Source: Acidimicrobiales bacterium (GTDB lineage: Bacteria; Actinomycetota; Acidimicrobiia; Acidimicrobiales; Aldehydirespiratoraceae). From it: 64,000 nt of DNA. The stretch covers positions 2,858,970 through 2,922,969 of the forward strand of contig JAWKIR010000002.1 of the NCBI GenBank assembly GCA_041394245.1, in the 5' to 3' direction. The position numbers and the translations under genes were made by a program. The notes under the pieces were generated by a model, which had not been told where the DNA came from, made no database searches, and saw nothing but the letters and a program-made list of their open reading frames with translations. Positions 39,044 through 48,652 of the stretch are shown here, piece by piece. Within the stretch, counting starts at the first letter, position 1; each line of letters opens with the position of its first letter.

Positions 39044-40101
39044 TGGCCGAGGACGTGACGATGCGGGCCTGGCGGGTCCACGAGTACGGGGCCCCACTCG
39101 AGGTGCTGCAGCTCGAGACGGTGCCGGTGCCCGAGCCCGAGGCCGGTGAGGTGCGGGTTCGGGTGCAGGCGATTCCGCTCAACCTCAACGACATCGAGCG
39201 CATCACCGGCGGCAACATGATGGCCCCGCCCGAGTTCCCCTACAGCCCGGGCATGGAGGTCATGGGTGTGGTCGACGCGTGTGGTCCCGGTGCCGAGGCC
39301 TGGCAGGGTCGGCGGGTGGTGGCGACCACGCGGCGGGCGTTCGGCGGGTTCGCCGAGCAGGCGATCTGCTCGACCCCCGCGGTGTTCGACATGCCCGACG
39401 ACATCCCACTCCCCGACGCAGCCGCCCTCTATTTCCCGTTCCACCTCGCGTGGTTGGGCTTGTTCGACCGGGCCGAGTTGAAGGCCGGCGAGAGCGTGTT
39501 GATCCATGCCGCAGCCGGTGGTTCGGGCTCGGCCGCCGTGCAGCTCGCCGCCAACGCCGGAGCCCGGGTGTTCGCGACCGCGGGGACCGACGAGAAGGTG
39601 CAGCAGTGCCTCGACCTCGGCGCCGACGTCGCGATCAACTACGCCGACACCGACTTCGCCGAGATCGTGTTGGCCGAGACCGACAATCGGGGCGTCGACG
39701 TGGTGTTCGACAACGTCGGCGAGGCGGTGATGGAGCAGTCCATGAAGTGCACCGCCTACAACGGGCGCTACCTCATGATGGGCTTCGCCTCGAACAAGAC
39801 GGTGGCCGACGAGCCCTTCATCGTTCCCCGTCGCGTTGCGCTCGGGAACTTCAAGCTCTGTGGTGTGCTGCTCAACTATGCCGGCGACGACATGATCCAG
39901 ATGATGAAGACGGCGCTCGGCTGGAACGTCTCGCCCACCGCGTTGGGTGAGCGGATCACGGCCGACATCGTCGACCTGGTCCGGGCGGGGGCGGTGAAGC
40001 CGGTGATCGGTTCCGTCGTCGCGTTCGAGGAGCTCCCCGGCTTGATCGACGACATGGCCAACCGTCGCACCACCGGCCGCGCCATCGTGATGGTTGACTG
40101 A
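39040..40101 (+). CDS. Zinc-type/quinone oxidoreductase (MDR family)
   Basis: Start ATG at 39040 or 39043, overlapping the upstream stop. GMEVMGVV and AAAGGSGSAAVQLA Rossmann motifs. Confidence 0.85.
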   Translation: MMAEDVTMRAWRVHEYGAPLEVLQLETVPVPEPEAGEVRVRVQAIPLNLNDIERITGGNMMAPPEFPYSPGMEVMGVVDACGPGAEAWQGRRVVATTRRAFGGFAEQAICSTPAVFDMPDDIPLPDAAALYFPFHLAWLGLFDRAELKAGESVLIHAAAGGSGSAAVQLAANAGARVFATAGTDEKVQQCLDLGADVAINYADTDFAEIVLAETDNRGVDVVFDNVGEAVMEQSMKCTAYNGRYLMMGFASNKTVADEPFIVPRRVALGNFKLCGVLLNYAGDDMIQMMKTALGWNVSPTALGERITADIVDLVRAGAVKPVIGSVVAFEELPGLIDDMANRRTTGRAIVMVD

Positions 40102-40125
40102 GTCGTCGAAGGACCAAGGGGAGAC

Positions 40126-41046
40126 ATGGACACACGCACGATCGGTTCGCTCGAGGTCTCGGTGGTGGGGCTGGGGTGCAACAACTTCGGTATGCGCATC
40201 GATGCCGACCAGACGAAGGCCGTGGTCGACGCCGCGATCGACGCGGGGATCACCTACTTCGACACGGCCGAGGCCTACGGCGGCGGGAAGTCCGAGGAGT
40301 TCCTCGGCGCCGCGCTCGTCGGTCGCCGTGACCGGGTCCACATCGCCACCAAGTGGGGCATGCGCCCGGCGGAGGACGGCGCTCCGGCCAACGGCAGCCG
40401 CGACGCGGTGCGGACCGCGATCGAGGGGAGCCTGCGGCGGCTCGGGACCGACTACATCGATCACTACCAGTTCCACAATCCCGACGCCGACACGCCGATC
40501 GCCGAGACGTTGGCCGCGCTGGCCGAGCTCGTGGCCGAGGGGAAGGTGCGTGAGGTGGGGTGCTCGAACTTCAGCGCCGCACAACTCGACGAAGCGGCGG
40601 CGGCCGGGCCGATCCCGTTCGCGACGGTCCAGAACCACTACAGCCTGCTCACGCGTGACCCGGAGACCAACGGTGTGCTCGACGCGTGCCGTCGTCACTC
40701 GATCGGGTTCGTGCCGTACTTCCCGCTCGAGTCGGGCCTGCTGACCGGCAAGTACCGGGACGGCGAGGATCTGCCCGAGGGAAGCCGGCTCGCTGCCTGG
40801 GGCGACCGGGCCGGCACGTTCATCACCGACGAGCGGCTGGCCACCGTCGCCGCGATCTCCGAATGGGCGGCCGACCGAGGCCACACCGTGCTCGACGCGG
40901 CGATGAGCTGGCTGACGAGCAACCCGCAGGTCGCAACCGTCATCTCGGGGGCGACCAAGGTCGAGCAGGTTCGGGGCAACGTGGCTGCGGGCGGCTGGGC
41001 GATGACCGCCGACGAGCGATCCGAGCTCGAGGCGCTGCTGAGTTGA
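40126..41046 (+). CDS. Aldo/keto reductase
   Basis: LGCNNFG...FDTAEAYG...DYIDHYQFH...GCSNF. Confidence 0.9.
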   Translation: MDTRTIGSLEVSVVGLGCNNFGMRIDADQTKAVVDAAIDAGITYFDTAEAYGGGKSEEFLGAALVGRRDRVHIATKWGMRPAEDGAPANGSRDAVRTAIEGSLRRLGTDYIDHYQFHNPDADTPIAETLAALAELVAEGKVREVGCSNFSAAQLDEAAAAGPIPFATVQNHYSLLTRDPETNGVLDACRRHSIGFVPYFPLESGLLTGKYRDGEDLPEGSRLAAWGDRAGTFITDERLATVAAISEWAADRGHTVLDAAMSWLTSNPQVATVISGATKVEQVRGNVAAGGWAMTADERSELEALLS

Positions 41047-41058
41047 TCGGAGCCCCGG

Positions 41059-42315
41059 TCAGAGCACGTCGAAGGTGAGCCCGGCGTGGGCCTGCAGCGC
41101 CTCGATCAGGGTGTCGCCGAGGGCCGTCGACGGCGTCCAGAAGCCGCCGGCCACGCCGGCCTCGCCATCGCGGGGAAGATGCAGCAGCGTGACCGCGCAC
41201 TCGCCGAGCATCCTGGCGGTCGACCCGTAGCCGGGGTCGCGGTCGCCGGTGACCTTCGTGGCGATCGTGCGACCGCTCGCCGTGGTGCCGAAGAAGCGGA
41301 TGTCGAAGAAGCCCTTCTCCTGCGCTTCGGGACTCGGGCCGTCACCCGGCTTGGGCAGCACGAACCGGTTGAGGAGGCGGCGTGCCGGTCGGAGTGCGGC
41401 GATGCCGACAAAGCCGCCGAGGCCGCCGGCGAGGCCGGCCGCCTTGGCCGCGCCCTTCGGGCCGGCCCCCATCATCATCGCCTCGTCGTAGAGGAAGTCG
41501 TCGCCCCACGGACGGCCGAGCAGTGCATGGCTGCGGTGCACGACCCGGGTGTTGATCGCCGCCATCACGAACGGGGCGATCCATTCGCCGGATGCCTCGT
41601 CGTTCTTCGGCACCAGCACATTGGGCTGGTCGACCCCGCTCCGCATGCCGTCGGGCGCGAGCGCGTAGGGGTTGGCGAGCATCTTGCGGAGCGCCGGGTC
41701 GCCCGCGGTCTCCTCCAGAACGTTCATCATGCTGGCGATCGTGCCGCCGCTCGCTCCGCCCCTCATGGCCTTGACCCTCATGGCGATCGTCGTGCACGGC
41801 TCGCCGAACTCCTCGATGGCGGCGTGCTGCGTGAACCACACGCCGAGGTCGGAGGGGATCGAGTCGAAGCCGCAGGTGTGCACGATGCGGGCGCCGCTCG
41901 CCTGGGCCGTCGCGTAGTGGGCGTCGATCATCTTCTGCATCCATTGCGGTTCGCCGGTGAGGTCGCAGTAGTCGGTTCCGGCGGCCGCACACGCGGCGAC
42001 GAGCTCGGATCCGTAGAGCGCATAGGGCCCGACCGTCGAGACCACGACCCGGGTCGAATCGGCGAGTGACGCCATGTCGGTGGCGCTCGACGCGTCGGCC
42101 ACGATCTGCGGCACCGTGGCGCCGGTGGCAGCGGCAACAGCGTCGAGCTTGGCGGTGCTGCGACCGGCGATGGCCCACCGAAGCCCGCCCGGGTCAGTGC
42201 CGGGTCCAGGGCCGATGCCGTGGCGGTCGACCAGATACCGGCAGAGAATCTGGCCGACGAAGCTGGTGGCGCCGAACAGCACGATGTCGAACGGTCGGTC
42301 GTCGCGAGATGTCAT
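41059..42315 (-). CDS. Saccharopine dehydrogenase-like NAD(P)-binding oxidoreductase
   Basis: FDIVLFGATSFVGQIL N-terminus, 418 aa, family-typical length. Confidence 0.8.
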   Translation of the reverse strand: MTSRDDRPFDIVLFGATSFVGQILCRYLVDRHGIGPGPGTDPGGLRWAIAGRSTAKLDAVAAATGATVPQIVADASSATDMASLADSTRVVVSTVGPYALYGSELVAACAAAGTDYCDLTGEPQWMQKMIDAHYATAQASGARIVHTCGFDSIPSDLGVWFTQHAAIEEFGEPCTTIAMRVKAMRGGASGGTIASMMNVLEETAGDPALRKMLANPYALAPDGMRSGVDQPNVLVPKNDEASGEWIAPFVMAAINTRVVHRSHALLGRPWGDDFLYDEAMMMGAGPKGAAKAAGLAGGLGGFVGIAALRPARRLLNRFVLPKPGDGPSPEAQEKGFFDIRFFGTTASGRTIATKVTGDRDPGYGSTARMLGECAVTLLHLPRDGEAGVAGGFWTPSTALGDTLIEALQAHAGLTFDVL

Positions 42316-42571
42316 GGACCCCGAGGCTACGGGCGGGACGGGGTCCCAGTGATCAGCAGAATCAGCGTCTCGGTCGCCTTCGCGATGTTTGCATCGGGAG
42401 TGACGTTCTCAGGGAGTGCCACTGAGCGGCGTGACGATGGCACCAAGCTCATTCCCGTCGAGAGCCCTCCGCCCGTGAACGATCCTCCGCCTCGCGCAAC
42501 TTGTACCACTCTGCGTGGCTGTGTAGCCTCCCGCCCCTGGCCTGTTCGGGGGCAGGTCGAGGGGTTGGGCG

Positions 42572-45500
42572 ATGGTTGCACGGGTCAGGATTCTGATCGT
42601 TCTCGCGGTGTTGGCCGCCGGAATGGGAACCGCGAGCGGGGCATCAGCCCAAAGTGACGGCGAGGTCCCGGCCGGCGATCCGCCGATCGTCGATGGGCTG
42701 CTGGACTCGGCGCTTCGCGACCTCGTCGCCAATGCCGGATCCTCGCGCTCCACGTCCGCGGGGACCGTGCTCGTCGAGGCGCATTACAACGTGGGGTCGG
42801 CTCAGGCCCGTGCCCTGGTCGAGGGCGCCGGTGGTGTGATCACCGGTGAGGTTCCCGGCTGGCTCATCGAGGCCTCGGTGCCGGTGGGCAACCTCGAAGC
42901 CCTCGAGGCGGAGGCCGGGATCGACTTCCTGCGTCTGCCCGGGGCCAGCTCCCCGATCTTCGACCCGCCGTCACCCGAACCCGGGCCGGGCCAGGCGGTC
43001 AGCGGCCAGCACGTGGTCGAATCGAACGCCGACGACTGGCACGCGGCCGGATACGACGGCGCCGGCATCAAGGTCGGCATCATCGACTTGTTCAACCTTC
43101 CCGACTGGAACAACGCCGTCGCGAGTGGGGATCTTCCGGCTGTCAGCGGCACCTTCTGTCGGTGGTCGGGTTCGTCCTGCAACGTCTGGAGTGTGTTCGC
43201 GACCGTGGCAACACACGGCAACAACGTGGCCGAGATCATCCACGACATGGCGCCTTCTGCGGAGCTCTACATCGCGTCGGTGTCGACAGCATCCGACTTC
43301 CAGGCCGCGGTCGACTGGTTCGACAGCAACGATGTCGACATCATCAGCCAGTCGCAGACGAACCGGTACGACGGTCCTGGCGACGGCACCGGACCGTTCG
43401 GCTCGGTCGTCGACGATGCCGTCTCCAAGGGGATGGCCTGGTTCAATGCAGCCGGCAACAACAGCGGCACCACGGGCAACGGCTCCTACTGGCGAGGCAC
43501 CTGGACCGACACCGACAACGACGGCTGGATGAACTTCAACGGCGGCGACGAGGACCTGCAGTTCTGGGCCACGTTCCAGAACGGCGTCCGATGGGACGAC
43601 TGGGGCGAAGCCGGCGTCACCGACTTCAACATCTGCGTCTACAGCAACCCGAATGCGGTCGGACTGCGCGGTTGCAGCTCGAACAGCCAGGTTGGTGGTG
43701 CCGACCCGCTGGAGGTCGTGACGAATCTGGCCTATCAAAGCTCGGCCAATTACCTCCGCATCCAGCTCGTTGACCCAGGTGCCGGCGCCGGCACCGACAC
43801 CATCGAGTTCATGCAGAACGGCGGCGGGGTCGAAGCCTCGTCCAATCCGGGCAACGCCGGAGGACCCTTCTCCGACTCGGCCAACGCCGGGGCGATGTCG
43901 ATCGGTGCGATCGATCCGGCCACCGGGAACAACATCGCCGGCTACAGCTCCTGGGGTCCGACCAACGACTTTCGCACGAAGCCGGACATGGCGGGACAGG
44001 CGTGCCTCACGACGAGCCTCACACCCTGCTTCGACGGGACCAGCTCGGCGACGCCGGTCGTTGCCGGCGCCGCTGCCCTGATCCTGCAGAGCCGGCGGAC
44101 CACCACGCCCGCCGGTGTCGTGTCGTATCTTCGCAACCAGTCGACGGTCGATCGCGGTGCAGCCGGGGTCGACAACATCTACGGCTGGGGTGAGCTTCTC
44201 CTGCCCGCGCCCTGCGCGATCGACACCCACGAAGACAACGACACACAGGCGACCGCCACCTCGATGGCCAACGGCACGGTGCTTTCCGCCTCGGTCTGCG
44301 TGGGCGACCCGGACTGGTATTCGTTGCGGGTCACCGAAGGTCAGGACATCTCGGTCGATCTGACCTTCGATCACGCCAACGGTGATGTCGACGTCAAACT
44401 CTTCGATCCGTCCGGCCAGCTCGTCGGCTCGTCGACGTCTGGCTCCAGCAACGAGAGCATCACACACACGGCCCTCGCGAGCGGTCTCTACGCCGCTCAG
44501 GTCTACGGCTTCGGTGGGGCGGAGAACACCTATCAGATCGACATGCATCGTTCGATCTGTCCGGTCGACGATGCGTTCGAGGTCAACAACTCGCAGGCGA
44601 CCGCAACGCCGCTCACCGATGGCGTGTCCGTTTCGGCCATCGCCTGCGACATCGCGGGCCCGACCGCCTACGACGTCGATTGGTACTCGTTGCCGGTGCA
44701 GGCCGGCGACACGGTCACTGCGACGGCCGAGTTCATCCACGACGGCGGCGACTTGACTGCGATTCTCTATGACCCGTCGGGTCTGACGCAGCTCGGTATC
44801 GGGACCTCGACGACCGACAACGAGGTCGTCGCCAGTGTCGCCGAGGAGGACGGGGCGTACGCGGTCCTCGTCTTCGGCGCCGGCAACGAGGAGAACGAGT
44901 ACACGATGACGATGTCGGCGAGTTGTGTCGATGACGCGTTGGAGGACAACGACACCCGGTCGACGGCGACGGCATTGGCGAACGGGTCGTCGCAGAGCGG
45001 GGTGCAGTGTCCGGCTGATGATGACTGGTTCTCTCTCGATGTGGCGGCTGGCCTCGATGTCACAGTCGATCTCGCGTTCGTGGATGCCTACGGCGATCTC
45101 GATGTGCGGTTGTTCGATCCGTCGGGGTCCGAGGTTGCCTCGGCGACTTCGGGAACCGACAACGAGTCGATCGTGCACACGGCGCTGTCGGACGGCACGT
45201 ACACCGCTCGGGTGTATGGCTATCTGGGGGCGCAGAACGTCTATGACATCACGATGTCGAAGTCGATCTGTCCGGGCGACGACACGATGGAACCCAACAA
45301 CACGCAGGCGACTGCGACACCGTTGGGGAGTGGCGTGACGCAGGCGGCGATCGCGTGTGACGTCGACTGGTACTCGATTCCGGTGGTGGCCGGCGAGACG
45401 GTCAGCGCCGATGTCGAGTTCGCTGATGCGGCGGGCGATCTCAGCATCGCGTTGTACAACCCTTCGGGTTCGACGCAGGTGTCGAACAGCGTGTCCACGA

Positions 45501-46354
45501 CCGACAACGAGTCGTTGAGTCATGTGGCGACCGAGACCGGCGACTACGGCCTGGTCGTCTTCGGGGCGGGCGGGGCCCAGAACGTGTACGACGTGACATT
45601 GTCGACGGTGTGCACCGATGACGGGTTCGAGGAGAACGACACCCGGGCGACGGCGACGCCGCTGTCCAATGACGTGGCCGTAGCCGGGCGTGTGTGTTCC
45701 GGTGACGATGACTGGTTCTCGATCCCGGCCGTGTCGGGTCAACTGGTGACGGCAGTGGTCGATTTCGTCCATGCCGACGGTGACCTCGACATCAGCTTGG
45801 TCGACCCGGCCGGGACCGAGGTGGAGTTCTCGACATCGACGAGCGATGGCGAGGCGATCACGTGGACGGCGGCGTCTTCAGGGACCTACAGCTTGGTGGT
45901 GTTCGGCTACAACGGAGCGGCGAACGACTACACCGTGTCGATGAAAGCAGGAGCACATCCGCGGGTTCGTCCGTTCGGTGCGGTGGCGAACCCGGAGGGC
46001 GACACGGGATCACAGATCGCGGATCTGTACCTGTACCTCGAGGATGCGTCAGGTCAACCGTACGCGTCGCCCACACCAGTGACGGTGTCGTGGACCACGC
46101 TCGATATTCCGAGCAATCCGCTGGTCGCGCATCCGGGTGAGGATTTCGTGGCGGCGTCGGGGGTGGCGACGTTCTTGCCGGGGGAGACGATCACGACGGT
46201 GCCGGTGGAGGTGTTGGGTGACACGGTCGACGAGCCGCCGCTGCTCTATGGCGAGTGGGGCTTGTGGACGGTGAGCAACCCGTCGTTGAACGCAAAGATC
46301 GACACAACGACCTTCTTCGGAATCGGCCTGCTGATCATCATCGACGACGACTGA
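42572..46354 (+). CDS. Secreted S8 subtilisin-like protease with 5 PPC (pre-peptidase C-terminal) repeats and a Calx-beta-like C-terminus
   Basis: Signal peptide. Catalytic GIKVGIIDLF (D), THGNNVAEI (H), GTSSATPVVAGAAAL (S). Five C..D..E.N(D/N)..ATA...DWYS repeats. C-terminal GEDFVAASG..F.PGE...V.V.GD.V.E. Confidence 0.9.
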   Translation: MVARVRILIVLAVLAAGMGTASGASAQSDGEVPAGDPPIVDGLLDSALRDLVANAGSSRSTSAGTVLVEAHYNVGSAQARALVEGAGGVITGEVPGWLIEASVPVGNLEALEAEAGIDFLRLPGASSPIFDPPSPEPGPGQAVSGQHVVESNADDWHAAGYDGAGIKVGIIDLFNLPDWNNAVASGDLPAVSGTFCRWSGSSCNVWSVFATVATHGNNVAEIIHDMAPSAELYIASVSTASDFQAAVDWFDSNDVDIISQSQTNRYDGPGDGTGPFGSVVDDAVSKGMAWFNAAGNNSGTTGNGSYWRGTWTDTDNDGWMNFNGGDEDLQFWATFQNGVRWDDWGEAGVTDFNICVYSNPNAVGLRGCSSNSQVGGADPLEVVTNLAYQSSANYLRIQLVDPGAGAGTDTIEFMQNGGGVEASSNPGNAGGPFSDSANAGAMSIGAIDPATGNNIAGYSSWGPTNDFRTKPDMAGQACLTTSLTPCFDGTSSATPVVAGAAALILQSRRTTTPAGVVSYLRNQSTVDRGAAGVDNIYGWGELLLPAPCAIDTHEDNDTQATATSMANGTVLSASVCVGDPDWYSLRVTEGQDISVDLTFDHANGDVDVKLFDPSGQLVGSSTSGSSNESITHTALASGLYAAQVYGFGGAENTYQIDMHRSICPVDDAFEVNNSQATATPLTDGVSVSAIACDIAGPTAYDVDWYSLPVQAGDTVTATAEFIHDGGDLTAILYDPSGLTQLGIGTSTTDNEVVASVAEEDGAYAVLVFGAGNEENEYTMTMSASCVDDALEDNDTRSTATALANGSSQSGVQCPADDDWFSLDVAAGLDVTVDLAFVDAYGDLDVRLFDPSGSEVASATSGTDNESIVHTALSDGTYTARVYGYLGAQNVYDITMSKSICPGDDTMEPNNTQATATPLGSGVTQAAIACDVDWYSIPVVAGETVSADVEFADAAGDLSIALYNPSGSTQVSNSVSTTDNESLSHVATETGDYGLVVFGAGGAQNVYDVTLSTVCTDDGFEENDTRATATPLSNDVAVAGRVCSGDDDWFSIPAVSGQLVTAVVDFVHADGDLDISLVDPAGTEVEFSTSTSDGEAITWTAASSGTYSLVVFGYNGAANDYTVSMKAGAHPRVRPFGAVANPEGDTGSQIADLYLYLEDASGQPYASPTPVTVSWTTLDIPSNPLVAHPGEDFVAASGVATFLPGETITTVPVEVLGDTVDEPPLLYGEWGLWTVSNPSLNAKIDTTTFFGIGLLIIIDDD
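44213..45945 (+). repeat. Five tandem ~345-bp coding repeats (PPC domains) inside the protease gene
   Basis: Repeat-initial Cys codons lie at 44213, 44558, 44924, 45269 and 45611, all in frame. Confidence 0.8.
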
Positions 46355-46368
46355 TCGGAAATCGCAAG

Positions 46369-46394
46369 CCACCGGGGCCTCACGGCCCTGGTGG
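46369..46394 (+). terminator. Putative stem-loop terminator after the protease gene
   Basis: CCACCGGGGCC-tcac-GGCCCTGGTGG (10 of 11 bp paired), 15 nt after the stop. No U-tract, as is often the case in high-GC genomes. Confidence 0.45.
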
Positions 46395-46448
46395 GACCAG
46401 ACCACACTTCGTGCCGACGCCGCCCTGGGAGCGGACTACCGTGCGCTC

Positions 46449-47774
46449 ATGAAGACCCAGGCCTACGCCGACACCGTGGTGCGGCAGCGAGACGCCATCC
46501 CCGGGATCTACGGCGACGTCGACTTCTCGATCGTGCCCGAACGCTACGACGCCGGGGCGGCCGTCGACGATGCCCGATTCGCGAAATCGCACGCAGCGGT
46601 GCGGCGGGTCTTCGACGACCCGGCCCTCAGGGAGATGGTGCGCGACTACACCATGACCGGCGACCGGGTCGCCGATGCCTACGCCGCCCTGATTCCCGAG
46701 TACGGGTTCCGGACGCTCGTCGAGATGCTCGACGCGGCATGTGAGGGTGGTCTCGAGAGCGTCGAGAATGCACCCCCGGAGCTCGCAGCCTTCATCGAGG
46801 CGATGGAGGCGACGCCGGATTGGGTCGACATGGCGCTCGTCGAGCAGGGGGCCCGGGCCGAACGCATCCCGATGGCGACCGCCACCCCGTTCGCGATCCG
46901 CGGCGCCTTCCTCGCCACGTTCCTCAACAAGTACGCCGCGCTGCCCATGACCATGACGGGCACGCTCTCCGACGCCGCCGCAGCCAAGCGGGTGTTCGAG
47001 ACGGCGAGCTTCTTCACGGCCACCACCATGCCGGGCGCGCTCGAACGCGACGGCAAGGGATTCCAGGCCGCGGCGAAGGTCCGCCTCATGCACTCGATGG
47101 TGCGCTTCCATCTGATGAGCTCCGGAAAGTGGGACGTCGCCACCTACGGGATCCCGATCCCACAGATCGACCAGATGCCGGCGGGGACGATCGGTGTGTT
47201 CCTCATGTCGGCGCGGCTCCTCGCGAAGGGCAGGACCGAGTTCACGCCGGCGCAGAAGGCGACCGTCGAACTCGCCCGCTACCGCTGCTTCCTGCTCGGC
47301 CTGCCCCAGGATCTGCTCGGCGAAACGCCCCAGGAGATCGTCGACCTGCTCGTCGCCCGCCACGTGTCGTTGCGGGAGGCCTACGACGACGAAGTCTGCG
47401 GCGCGCTGGTGCGAGGGACGATGAAGGCGGATCTCTTCGACACCTCGTCGACCAAGGGACGGGTTCACGCGTGGCTCGAGAACGGCTTCTCCCGTTTCGT
47501 CCTGATCAACAACTTCCTGGGCGGTGACCGGGCCCGCGCCGAGTCGATCGGCATCACCTTCGGCCGGATGGACAAGGTCGCCGCCGTCTTGTCGATGGGT
47601 GTGATCGCGGTCAAGACCGCGTACTACACGCTGGGCGTGCGAGTTCCGCTGCCGGTGGTTTCCGAACGGATCGACGCGCAGCTCAACGCCCGGCTGGCCC
47701 GGCTGCTCGACATGTACGGCCACGCCGACTTCGTGACCGACCCGGACCAATACGACCTCAGCGCCGCGCCATAG
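46449..47774 (+). CDS. MpaB/DUF2236-family (Lcp/rubber-oxygenase-related) putative oxygenase
   Basis: 441 aa. AAKVRLMHSMVRFHL core motif and family-typical length. Confidence 0.7.
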   Translation: MKTQAYADTVVRQRDAIPGIYGDVDFSIVPERYDAGAAVDDARFAKSHAAVRRVFDDPALREMVRDYTMTGDRVADAYAALIPEYGFRTLVEMLDAACEGGLESVENAPPELAAFIEAMEATPDWVDMALVEQGARAERIPMATATPFAIRGAFLATFLNKYAALPMTMTGTLSDAAAAKRVFETASFFTATTMPGALERDGKGFQAAAKVRLMHSMVRFHLMSSGKWDVATYGIPIPQIDQMPAGTIGVFLMSARLLAKGRTEFTPAQKATVELARYRCFLLGLPQDLLGETPQEIVDLLVARHVSLREAYDDEVCGALVRGTMKADLFDTSSTKGRVHAWLENGFSRFVLINNFLGGDRARAESIGITFGRMDKVAAVLSMGVIAVKTAYYTLGVRVPLPVVSERIDAQLNARLARLLDMYGHADFVTDPDQYDLSAAP

Positions 47775-47810
47775 GTGCCATCGCATCGGATGTGAACGTT
47801 CCCCTGCGTC

Positions 47811-47830
47811 CGGAGCGAGGTTTCGCTCCG
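47811..47830 (+). promoter_or_regulatory. Perfect 8-bp stem-loop abutting the heliorhodopsin RBS
   Basis: CGGAGCGA-ggtt-TCGCTCCG, immediately followed by tAGGAGGtgggGAAGGA and the start codons at 47849 and 47855. Confidence 0.5.
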
Positions 47831-47854
47831 TAGGAGGTGGGGAAGGACGTGGCA

Positions 47855-48652
47855 ATGCTCGATTTCGACCGACAATCCGTGGAGATCGGCGAGGGCCGTC
47901 TCGCCAAGCTGCGCCGCTTCAACCTGGTGATGGGTCTGGTCCATCTCGTGTCCGGTGCGCTGATGGTGGTGCTCGGCAACGACTTCGAGCTGGAGATCAG
48001 CTCGTTCAGCCTGGGCGGCCCCCCGGGCACCCCGCTCGCCGACGGCACCCTCGATTCGGTGATCGGCGTTCCACTCGCGTGGGCGACCGCGTCGTTCCTC
48101 TTCCTGTCGGCCTTCTTCCATTTCGTGATCGCCACCGTCGGGTTCCGTGCCTACGGCTCGGAGCTCCGCCACGGGCGCAACCGGTTCCGCTGGGTCGAGT
48201 ATGCGCTGTCGTCGACGCTGATGATCGTGTTGATCGCGCTCGTCACCGGCATCACCGATCTGGCCGCGCTCATCGCGATCGCGTTCGTGAACGCCTCGAT
48301 GATCCTCTTCGGCTGGATCATGGAGATGGTCAACGACGCCGACCGCCCGGTCTGGTGGACGCCCTTCTGGTTCGGGTCGATCGCCGGGATCGGTCCGTGG
48401 GTCGCCATCGCGACCTATCTCGTGGTCAACCTCAGCCGTGAAGGCGCCGAGGGTCCCCCCGGCTTCGTCTACGGGATCATCGTCACGATCTTCGTGCTGT
48501 TCAACATCTTCGCCATCAACCAATGGCTGCAGTACCGCAGGGTCGGCCGTTGGGCCGACTACGTCTACGGCGAGACCGCCTACATCGTGCTCAGCCTCGT
48601 GGCGAAGAGTGTCCTGGCATGGCAGATCTTCGTCAACACGCTGATCGATTGA
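47855..48652 (+). CDS. Heliorhodopsin
   Basis: Near-colinear motif match to recalled HeR 48C12: RFN..MG..H, GGPPGT, FFHFVI, FRWVEYALSS (counterion Glu), VNASMILFGW, PFWFGSIAGI.PW, PGFVYGII, YIVLSLVAKSVLAWQIF (Schiff-base Lys). Alternative GTG starts at 47837 and 47849. Confidence 0.9.
   Translation: MLDFDRQSVEIGEGRLAKLRRFNLVMGLVHLVSGALMVVLGNDFELEISSFSLGGPPGTPLADGTLDSVIGVPLAWATASFLFLSAFFHFVIATVGFRAYGSELRHGRNRFRWVEYALSSTLMIVLIALVTGITDLAALIAIAFVNASMILFGWIMEMVNDADRPVWWTPFWFGSIAGIGPWVAIATYLVVNLSREGAEGPPGFVYGIIVTIFVLFNIFAINQWLQYRRVGRWADYVYGETAYIVLSLVAKSVLAWQIFVNTLID

Noticed and set aside
36827-40884. Minus-strand ORFs 36827..39097 (756 aa) and 39010..40884 (624 aa)
   Set aside because: They are antisense to four well-supported plus-strand enzyme genes (SDR, sulfotransferase, QOR, AKR). 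The composition is typical of shadow ORFs.
42316-42571. Possible riboswitch or ncRNA in the 256-bp leader of the protease gene
   Set aside because: I found only short hairpins and no match to any riboswitch consensus I know. It is mentioned only as a long leader.
42971-47855. Minus-strand ORFs 42971..45772 (933 aa) and 46380..47855 (491 aa)
   Set aside because: They are antisense to the S8 protease and the MpaB-like gene, with no motifs.
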